A stretch of 64,000 bases of DNA from Candidatus Thorarchaeota archaeon (GTDB lineage Archaea; Asgardarchaeota; Thorarchaeia; Thorarchaeales; Thorarchaeaceae). Positions 7,935 through 15,032 of this stretch are shown piece by piece (position 1 is the stretch's first letter; the number at the start of each line of letters is the position of its first letter). The stretch spans positions 106-64,105 of the forward strand of contig SDNZ01000002.1 of the NCBI GenBank assembly GCA_004524565.1, in the 5' to 3' direction. A program made the position numbers and the translations under genes. The notes below the pieces were generated by a model. It was not told where the DNA came from and searched no databases. It saw nothing but the letters and a program-made list of their open reading frames with translations.

Positions 7935-9799
7935 TGATAAGTGGTCTGGGTGGTGAGATTCTCTGGATTGATATGTCGAGAGGTAAAATCGAGAAGAAAA
8001 CCATTGATGAAGAACTAGTGAATAAATATCTCCTTGGAGCTGGATACCTTTCAAAAGTCCTGTATGATATGATACCTGCAGGAACAGATCCACTCGGTGA
8101 GAAGAATATCCTAGGAATTGCTACCGGTACACTCACTGGGTCAATGTTTCCCCAAGCTTCTAGACATGTAGTGGCTGCACTTTCACCTCTCACTGGAATT
8201 TGGGGTGAAAGCCACGCCGCAGGATTCTTTGGAGCTGAACTGAAATTAGCTGGCTATGATGCTATTATGTTCACAGGTGCATCAAAAGAGCCGCTCTATC
8301 TGAACATAGAAGACTCCAAAGTAGAGCTTCTTGATGCCTCACATTTGTGGGGAAAGGATGTATTTGAAACCGATGATATCATACGCAAAGGTCACAATCG
8401 AAAGTTCAGAACACTATCAATTGGACAGGCTGGAGAGAATCTGGTTAAATTTGCAGCAGTTATGAATGACCGAGATCGTGCGTCTGCTAGATCTGGATTA
8501 GGAGCAGTGATGGGTTCAAAGAAAATAAAGGCAATCTCTGTTCATGGAACTGGCAAGTTGGAAGTGGCGGACCCGAAGAACTACCTCAGACAAATGGACG
8601 TTTTCTATGAGCGAATGATGGCTAATCCCTTCACTCCCGGTCGAGTGAAGTATGGAACAACAAGTCTTGTTGAACTTATGCAGCACATTGGAAGACTACC
8701 AAGCTACAATATGAAGCAGGGTGTTTTTGAAGGATACGACAAGATTAGTGGCGATGCTATTAACGCGAAATACTTTGTAAAAGCACGAGCAGACTACTCC
8801 TGTCTCCAAAGGTGTGGTAGATACACAGCTGTGCGAAGTGGCCCATACAAGTTCATTGGTGGTGCACCAGAATTTGAAACACAGTCATCGATGGGCTCTC
8901 GATGTGGAAATGATAATCTGGAATCCGTTCTCTTTGGTCATCATCTAGCAAACCAGTATGGTATGGACACAATCTCATTAGGTGGAACTATATCCTGGGC
9001 TATGGAAGCGTGGGATGAGGGTCTCTTGACAGCTGAGGATACAGGTGGTATAGACCTAAGCTGGGGAAATGCTGATACCATCATTAAACTAACAAAGATG
9101 ATTGCACTGCGTGAAGGATTCGGAGATATCCTAGCTGAAGGTAGTGCTGCTGCTGCTGAAAGAATCGGTCGTGGTACTGACAAATTCGTTATGGCTGTGA
9201 AAAAACAGGAGATCGCAGGACAAGAGCCCAGAGCTCAGAAATCTATGGGTCTTGCAGCTGTAACTGCAGCTCGCGGAGCTGACCATCTCTACGCATTCCC
9301 TGTTCTCGATGAGGCGGGATTTGATGAAGATATAAAGAAACGTTTTGGAGAAGAATATCTGCCTGAGATGGCTGACCGTCTTAGTCCCAAGTACAAAGGG
9401 ATAATGGTCAAAGAGTGTGAAGATTTCATGGTCATGGTGGAGAGTGTAGGTCTCTGCAAGTATGGAACTCAGATACCACCCGAGTTCTATTATGATGATA
9501 TTGCACTCGCTCTGAAGGTACACAATGGATTGAACCTTACAGGAGTTCAACTCCAAGAGATTGGGGAGCGTATCGTAAATCTGAATCGTTTGTTCAATGC
9601 TCGATTCGGTGTATCTCGAAAAGATGATTGTCTTCCCGACCGTTTAACAAAAGAGAAGGCACCTCTGGGTCCATCTGCAGGTGAAGTAGTAGAACTTGAC
9701 CAGATGCTCACAGAGTACTATGATGTGCGAGGTTGGGATCAAGAGACTGGATTACCTCTAAAAGAAACTCTCAAACGACTCGGTTTAGATGGCTTATAG
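7934..9799 (+). CDS. aor: Aldehyde:ferredoxin oxidoreductase family (tungstopterin AOR-type)
   Basis: 621 aa. Family-typical N-terminus ILWIDMSRGKIEKKTIDEE...YLLGAGYLSK, an ...EPRAQKSMGL... region and the FeS/pterin region MVMVESVGLCKYG. Confidence 0.9.
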   Translation: MISGLGGEILWIDMSRGKIEKKTIDEELVNKYLLGAGYLSKVLYDMIPAGTDPLGEKNILGIATGTLTGSMFPQASRHVVAALSPLTGIWGESHAAGFFGAELKLAGYDAIMFTGASKEPLYLNIEDSKVELLDASHLWGKDVFETDDIIRKGHNRKFRTLSIGQAGENLVKFAAVMNDRDRASARSGLGAVMGSKKIKAISVHGTGKLEVADPKNYLRQMDVFYERMMANPFTPGRVKYGTTSLVELMQHIGRLPSYNMKQGVFEGYDKISGDAINAKYFVKARADYSCLQRCGRYTAVRSGPYKFIGGAPEFETQSSMGSRCGNDNLESVLFGHHLANQYGMDTISLGGTISWAMEAWDEGLLTAEDTGGIDLSWGNADTIIKLTKMIALREGFGDILAEGSAAAAERIGRGTDKFVMAVKKQEIAGQEPRAQKSMGLAAVTAARGADHLYAFPVLDEAGFDEDIKKRFGEEYLPEMADRLSPKYKGIMVKECEDFMVMVESVGLCKYGTQIPPEFYYDDIALALKVHNGLNLTGVQLQEIGERIVNLNRLFNARFGVSRKDDCLPDRLTKEKAPLGPSAGEVVELDQMLTEYYDVRGWDQETGLPLKETLKRLGLDGL

Positions 9800-9811
9800 A
9801 GATTGGTTCCT

Positions 9812-10048
9812 CTATTCACATGATGCACACACGTTCGTTATGGTGTCCTTGATACCATCCACCTTTCGGAGTTCGTTAACAACAAATGAACTCAATGCCT
9901 CTGGAGTCTTGAACGCACACTTGATCAGAAGGTCATAGGCTCCGTAGATAAGATATGCCTCTTCAACCTCATCAAGAGCTCGAATTACTTCCAATATGTT
10001 ACGCGACTTTGTCGACTCTACCTTGGCCATGATGAATGCGACTATCAC
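9812..10048 (-). CDS. Stand-alone Lrp/AsnC ligand-binding (RAM) domain protein
   Basis: 78 aa. VAFIMAKVE...VIRALDEVEEAYLIYGAYDLLIKC...ALSSFVVNELRKVDGIKDTIT matches the AsnC-type effector domain. There is no HTH part. Confidence 0.7.
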   Translation of the reverse strand: MIVAFIMAKVESTKSRNILEVIRALDEVEEAYLIYGAYDLLIKCAFKTPEALSSFVVNELRKVDGIKDTITNVCASCE

Positions 10049-10296
10049 TACAATCCCACCTTTGGTGCAGCTCTTCTTTCTCCTAAGTTAATCATAAATG
10101 TTCCTCATGATACTGCATTATCACACCAGCTCACTACAGTCTTTTCAAATCAGAAATTCTAGGTACTATGAAGGTGGCATTCGTGGTTGATTAGGATTCA
10201 CTATGATTAAGCTTTAATCGGAAATCTTACAATCTCACTGCGGAAGCTTAATAGCATCGAATTTAACGCCACGAATCTATCAATGGAGGCCCGCAC

Positions 10297-11355
10297 TTGT
10301 CCACAACAAGTCATACATCCAAAGTCGCCAATAAACCCAAAGATACAAAGAAATCCTTTGAGCCCCGAATTCTGGCAATGTGCTGTAATTGGTGCTCCTA
10401 CGCAGGAGCTGACCTGGCTGGCACCAGTAGGATGACTATGCCACCAAATCTTAGAGTCATTAGAGTTAACTGCACAGGACGTATTGATCCGTTATTTATA
10501 CTACAGGCTTTAGAAGCAGGCGCTGATGGGGTCTTAATCAGTGGATGTCATGAGGGCGATTGTCATTATGTCAGTGGCAATATAGTTTCCAAGAAACGAT
10601 TCCTATTCTTCAAGAAGATGCTAGAGGAGTTTGGTCTGGGAGATCGCGTTGATTTTGTCCATGTGTCCGCCGCAGAGGGCGATAAGTGGGCGGCGATAAC
10701 CACGGAATTTGTAGAGCGGATCAAGAAACTGGGTCCTACTCCGGTGAAAAATGTTACAAATCTCAGTGATATCTCTGTGGATGATGACCATTCGAGAAAG
10801 GCTCGTATTCATGAACTACTTGTTTCACTCAGTAATCGATTGGGATATCAACCAAAGAAGCCTTTGCATTTCAATCCCGATGAGGTTGCTGAGGGGTATG
10901 GATTCCCAAAGAGGGATCCTGACAAGTGTATTGGCTGTTATGCATGTTACAATGTCTGTCCTGAAGATGCCATTAAAATCGAGGATGTTCAGAATAAGCG
11001 AAGATATGGAACATTGCATGCACACTGTCTTGTCTGCAAAGAGTGTGAGAAAGTCTGTCCCCAAGAGGCAATAGTAATCTCTCCAGGTTTTGAACTTCTC
11101 TCATTTCTATTGAATGAACCACTCTGGGAGTTTGAGGTTCCTATGCAGAAGTGCTCTGAATGTGGTGAATACTTCAATCCAAAGCCATTCTGTGAGCATC
11201 TCGAGAAGAAAATCTCAGAGAAGAAAGCAAAAGAATCTCTTGAAGATCTTCATCTTCCTTTCAAACCCTACACAACATGCTCGGCTTGCAAGAGAAAGAA
11301 ACTTGCACAATCTGTAGCTGAGGTAGCGCATCCAGCATTGAAACGAATGAAATGA
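10297..11355 (+). CDS. MvhD/FlpD-like domain fused to a 2x[4Fe-4S] ferredoxin domain and a Cys-rich C-terminus
   Basis: TTG start with GGAGG 8 nt upstream. MvhD signature ILAMCCNWCSYAGADLAG...RVNCTGRIDP...ISGCHEGDCHY. Then CIGCYACYNVCPEDAI and CLVCKECEKVCPQEAI. The C-terminus carries CSECG...C...CSACK. Confidence 0.8.
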   Translation: MSTTSHTSKVANKPKDTKKSFEPRILAMCCNWCSYAGADLAGTSRMTMPPNLRVIRVNCTGRIDPLFILQALEAGADGVLISGCHEGDCHYVSGNIVSKKRFLFFKKMLEEFGLGDRVDFVHVSAAEGDKWAAITTEFVERIKKLGPTPVKNVTNLSDISVDDDHSRKARIHELLVSLSNRLGYQPKKPLHFNPDEVAEGYGFPKRDPDKCIGCYACYNVCPEDAIKIEDVQNKRRYGTLHAHCLVCKECEKVCPQEAIVISPGFELLSFLLNEPLWEFEVPMQKCSECGEYFNPKPFCEHLEKKISEKKAKESLEDLHLPFKPYTTCSACKRKKLAQSVAEVAHPALKRMK

Positions 11356-11364
11356 GGTATAAAA

Positions 11365-11856
11365 ATGTCAAAAAATGTCTTCTTAATCATGAATCGTTGC
11401 TTGGGATGTGAAGAGTGTGTTGAAGCGTGCAAGAGAGAGAATGGTAGTGCTCTTTGCTTTGTAGATAATTATCAAGGAGTTCCTGTTCCTTTTCGATGTG
11501 CACATTGTGAAGATGCCCCTTGTGAAAAGGTCTGTCCAACTGAAGCTATTTCGATCAAGAATGATATAGTACTGATTGATGCAGAGAAATGCATTGGATG
11601 TCGTTCCTGCGAATCCATATGCCCCTGGGGAGTACCAGTCTATAGGGAAACCCTGGGAAAGGTTGTCAAGTGCGATATGTGCGTAAACCGACAGAAGCTC
11701 GGTAAAGTTCCTGCATGCGTTGAAATGTGTCCTACTCAAGCCCTTGTCTTTGGAACTCGTGAGGAATTCATTGCGGATTATCATGAAACGACAGAAAAAC
11801 GGATTGAGAAAGCCGGCGGACATGCTAGTAGAATCATCTTACCACAGGAGGGTTAG
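11365..11856 (+). CDS. 4Fe-4S polyferredoxin (CooF/HycB/DmsB-like)
   Basis: 163 aa. Cys clusters CLGCEECVEAC, CAHCEDAPCEKVCP, CIGCRSCESICP, CDMC...PACVEMCP. GAGGT lies 7 nt upstream of the ATG. Confidence 0.85.
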   Translation: MSKNVFLIMNRCLGCEECVEACKRENGSALCFVDNYQGVPVPFRCAHCEDAPCEKVCPTEAISIKNDIVLIDAEKCIGCRSCESICPWGVPVYRETLGKVVKCDMCVNRQKLGKVPACVEMCPTQALVFGTREEFIADYHETTEKRIEKAGGHASRIILPQEG

Positions 11857-11858
11857 AA

Positions 11859-12257
11859 ATGGTCTGTGCCGTTGAAGCTGTCCCATATGAGAAAATCAAA
11901 GTACAATTCAAGAAAGGTGAGAGGATCTCAATTGTCACCTGCAATACCTGCACACGTTCACAGGAAGCAGGGGGTGCCAAGCTGATGGAGGAAATTGCTG
12001 GTCTCCTTGTGAATGATGTCGGTGTCGATGTTGTAGAAGAGATTGTACTTACAACAGGGTGCAATGCAGACTACTATGATCATGCAAATCCTACTGCAGA
12101 GGTCGATAAGATTCTCTGTCTGGGTTGTTGGGCTGGCTGGACTGTTATCAAAAACAAGTTTCCGAATATTCCAGTGGTTGCAGGTGTTAGAACATTAGGG
12201 GTACCTGCTCAATCGGATATGCTAAAGGTTGTTGCTCCAGAGGGGGTTGAACTATGA
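11859..12257 (+). CDS. Cys-motif protein of unknown function (paralog A of a tandem pair)
   Basis: 132 aa. ISIVTCNTCTRSQEAGGAKLMEEIAGLL...TTGC...ILCLGCWAG. Shares its motif layout with the next ORF. Starts 2 nt after the upstream stop. Confidence 0.55.
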   Translation: MVCAVEAVPYEKIKVQFKKGERISIVTCNTCTRSQEAGGAKLMEEIAGLLVNDVGVDVVEEIVLTTGCNADYYDHANPTAEVDKILCLGCWAGWTVIKNKFPNIPVVAGVRTLGVPAQSDMLKVVAPEGVEL

Positions 12258-12751
12258 TAGTAGTGCTTCGTAGTATGGACTACGAACAACTCAAGGAGCA
12301 TATCGTTGAAGCTGACAGGATAATTCTCTGGTCTTGTAATGACTGTACAAAATACTCCAATCTTGGAGGACGTAAGAATCTCGAATCTCTGGCTAAAGCT
12401 CTCGAAAAAGACGGATACAATGTCATTCATCAGGAATTAATTGGAGTTGGTTGCCAACCACCACTCATCCGACTTCGTTCCCAACACCCTGCTACCAAAG
12501 AGATCTTTAGCGAGGCTACAGTCCTAATTGTATTGGCTTGTACTGATGGATTTCTTAAAACACAGAAAGTGTTCAAGAAAATGAGGGTCATTCAAGTTGG
12601 AGAGAGCGTCGGTCTTGGAGTGTATTCAAAAGCAGAAGGAATGAAACTGGTCATTCCGCTTGAAGAAACTGGACTTCCTCCTTCTATAGAGGGGTACACA
12701 CTAGAAGAAGCAGCTAAGAAACTAGGGAAGAAATCAGGACCACTGGTTTGA
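12254..12751 (+). CDS. Cys-motif protein of unknown function (paralog B of a tandem pair)
   Basis: 165 aa. IILWSCNDCTKYSNLGGRKNLESLAKAL...GVGC...LIVLACTDG. ATGA overlap with the upstream gene. Confidence 0.55.
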   Translation: MIVVLRSMDYEQLKEHIVEADRIILWSCNDCTKYSNLGGRKNLESLAKALEKDGYNVIHQELIGVGCQPPLIRLRSQHPATKEIFSEATVLIVLACTDGFLKTQKVFKKMRVIQVGESVGLGVYSKAEGMKLVIPLEETGLPPSIEGYTLEEAAKKLGKKSGPLV

Positions 12752-12873
12752 ATATCCATCTCAGCTTTATTCCGCATGAAATCGCGGGAATTAGAAAAAA
12801 AGGCTCCTGGATGTTGTAAAATAAATTATTTATGATGAGGGTCAAGAAAGTACGAGAATCCTCTATCCGTTGA

Positions 12874-14184
12874 TCAAGGACCATCTTCAGCTATTGCGAA
12901 TACTAGTGAATATTTGGTTCCAATGACCTTAGACTCTTCGACAATATCTTTAGCGTGAACACGAGAACCACACATTTCAGAAAGACTTTGGATAAGAATG
13001 ATTCCAAGGCCTAAGCCAGGTGCAGTCTGCTCTGAAATGGAACTTTGATTATTCAAAAACATCTTGATATTGTCAGGAATACCTCCGCCACGGTCACTAA
13101 TTTCTAGAGTCACATGTGAATTCCCTGATCTTGTTTCAGTTACAAATAGGACATCACTACCGTGTTTGAAAGCGTTGTCAAAAATATTCCAGAGTAGCTC
13201 TTTAGAAAGACGGCAAGCAAGAACTTGTGTACTCTTTGATATCTCAATTTTTACTTGATCTGATTCTATTGAATATTCTGACATAACTCTCTGTTTAATA
13301 GAATCAACAAGAGTGAAAAGATGTGTGGGTTCTGGTTGTGGTTTGAATCGTGTGAGTGTCGAGGCTATTTCACGCATTTCATCAACAAAATCCTTTGCAC
13401 TATCCAAGGATGCTGAAGCCATATCGGTCCAATGGTCATTAACAATCCCTGCGCTCTCAGTAAGATCAAGAGCAAGCCTTGCCGCTTGAATGTAATTCCT
13501 GATATCATGTTGAACAAGGCTGGATATTATTTGGGTGACCTTATACTGCCTTTCAAGGTCTCGTGTGACCGTCCTCATGAATAGGGTCAACATGGAAGCT
13601 CCTGTAATGAGTACACCTATTGCTTGTATGACCATGAATGAAAGATAGTATTCTGGTATAATTGCTATAAAAGGAAATGATAACCATGAAAATCCCCACG
13701 TAATCAAACCAGAAAGAAGCCAAATTCTTGGTTGCCCCATAGATTCTGGTATGGCGTATACAGTCTTTGCTGAAAGAAGACATACATATGCTATATGTAA
13801 TCCTAGTGGAATGAATACGAAATAGAAGGGCCATGATAGCAAAAGGCCTATTATCAATAAAGCGCAGAATAGAACTATTCCTGCGACATAAACTGAAACC
13901 CTTTTTCTTGAAAGTTTCTTTCCCCGAGTTCCGTCCATGAAAAGGGTGGCTCCAACATAAAGCCCTGTGAGTGAAAAGACGTCTGTTATTATTAATGCAC
14001 TTGTTGATAGTATTACTCCCCAAAAAGCTCCTGCAGTGTAGATTACCCAACCAATAGCCCAAGTTCTATACATCTCACGTGTAGAATATCGGAGGAGACT
14101 CCAAGTTACTGTACCATACAATGTCACGAATGCTACAAACATGACATAATCTAGTACTAATTGGAGATCTTGCATTAAACTCAC
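12874..14184 (-). CDS. Membrane-bound sensor histidine kinase
   Basis: 436 aa. The N-terminal half is multi-TM. H-box SSLVQHDIRNYIQAA. HATPase_c motifs WNIFDNAFKHG, ISDRGGGIP, GLGLGIILIQSL. No response regulator is adjacent. Confidence 0.85.
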   Translation of the reverse strand: MSLMQDLQLVLDYVMFVAFVTLYGTVTWSLLRYSTREMYRTWAIGWVIYTAGAFWGVILSTSALIITDVFSLTGLYVGATLFMDGTRGKKLSRKRVSVYVAGIVLFCALLIIGLLLSWPFYFVFIPLGLHIAYVCLLSAKTVYAIPESMGQPRIWLLSGLITWGFSWLSFPFIAIIPEYYLSFMVIQAIGVLITGASMLTLFMRTVTRDLERQYKVTQIISSLVQHDIRNYIQAARLALDLTESAGIVNDHWTDMASASLDSAKDFVDEMREIASTLTRFKPQPEPTHLFTLVDSIKQRVMSEYSIESDQVKIEISKSTQVLACRLSKELLWNIFDNAFKHGSDVLFVTETRSGNSHVTLEISDRGGGIPDNIKMFLNNQSSISEQTAPGLGLGIILIQSLSEMCGSRVHAKDIVEESKVIGTKYSLVFAIAEDGP

Positions 14185-14339
14185 TACTCAGGGGATTCTT
14201 TGACACTCTTATATCGGTTCTATGTATAATATAAATAGATATCGTATATTAGTTTTACACATGTACTCATAATCAAGTAACAGACTTAGCACAATAGAAC
14301 TATCAGTTGGTTTGTGTCCTTTTATTTGGAGATGACCAA

Positions 14340-15032
14340 ATGACTGTAGGTGAAGAAATCCGAACCTTTGTCAATGAGAAACATTTCCCGCAATGGGGAA
14401 TCATCGGATCAATCATTGGTCTTGTCTTTATTCTGGTTCCACAGCTGTTCTATACTGGCACCCTAGGTGAACCGTTCTCAATGTTCAATCATTATGTTTC
14501 AGAACTTGGAGAACTAGGGGTCTCAGAGTTTGCGATGATGTTTAACATTGGACTGATGCTTGCAGGTATATTCTTTATTCCCTTTATGTTCGGTCTTGGA
14601 TTATATCTTGAAAACATTCTTGGAAAGATAGCAGCTGTAATAGGTGCTTTTTCATCTCTCTCCATCTATCTAGTCGGAATATATCCCATGAACAATGCAA
14701 CGATGCACGGAATAACCGCTATCTCCTTCTTTCTTAGTGGGCTTGTTATGACAGTTCTCTGGGCTCTTGCAATTCTCATGCAAAGGAATGTAAAGATCCC
14801 CAAGATATTCTCATTGGGTGGTTTTATCAACACTGCAATATTCGCACTATTCCTCTATGGCCCTTGGGAGAGTCTCGGAGCAATACGACCAGTATTCTCC
14901 ATGCGTGTCACACTGGAATGGGCAATCTATTTTGCAATAGTCAGTTACATGTTCATTCTTGCACTTTATGTTTGGCGAATAGAAAAGAACGCAGAGAGTC
15001 TACAGGAATACTCTCAGTCATTCCAAGAATAA
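14340..15032 (+). CDS. Polytopic membrane protein (DUF998-like)
   Basis: Six or so hydrophobic segments, with MFNHYVSELGELG after TM1. The ORF track starts at 14307 (TTG). The ATG at 14340 has GGAGA about 9 nt upstream. The 3' end overlaps the convergent leuS by 15 nt. Confidence 0.6.
   Translation: MTVGEEIRTFVNEKHFPQWGIIGSIIGLVFILVPQLFYTGTLGEPFSMFNHYVSELGELGVSEFAMMFNIGLMLAGIFFIPFMFGLGLYLENILGKIAAVIGAFSSLSIYLVGIYPMNNATMHGITAISFFLSGLVMTVLWALAILMQRNVKIPKIFSLGGFINTAIFALFLYGPWESLGAIRPVFSMRVTLEWAIYFAIVSYMFILALYVWRIEKNAESLQEYSQSFQE

Noticed and set aside
9131-9556. A 141-aa minus-strand ORF.
   Set aside because: It is antisense to the strongly supported AOR gene.
11353-11367. The TGA ending the MvhD-ferredoxin ORF is in the same reading frame as the next ferredoxin ORF, only 3 codons apart. 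I considered a Sec read-through fusion, given the nearby Sec machinery.
   Set aside because: The spacer carries a GAGGT Shine-Dalgarno 7 nt before a good ATG, which is a normal stop/SD/start junction. Frame identity has a one-in-three chance expectation. No SECIS-like hairpin was recognised.
13553-14062. A 169-aa minus-strand ORF inside the histidine kinase gene.
   Set aside because: It is an alternative frame of the same strand within a well-supported 436-aa kinase ORF. Its sequence is Cys/Arg/His-rich with no motif.
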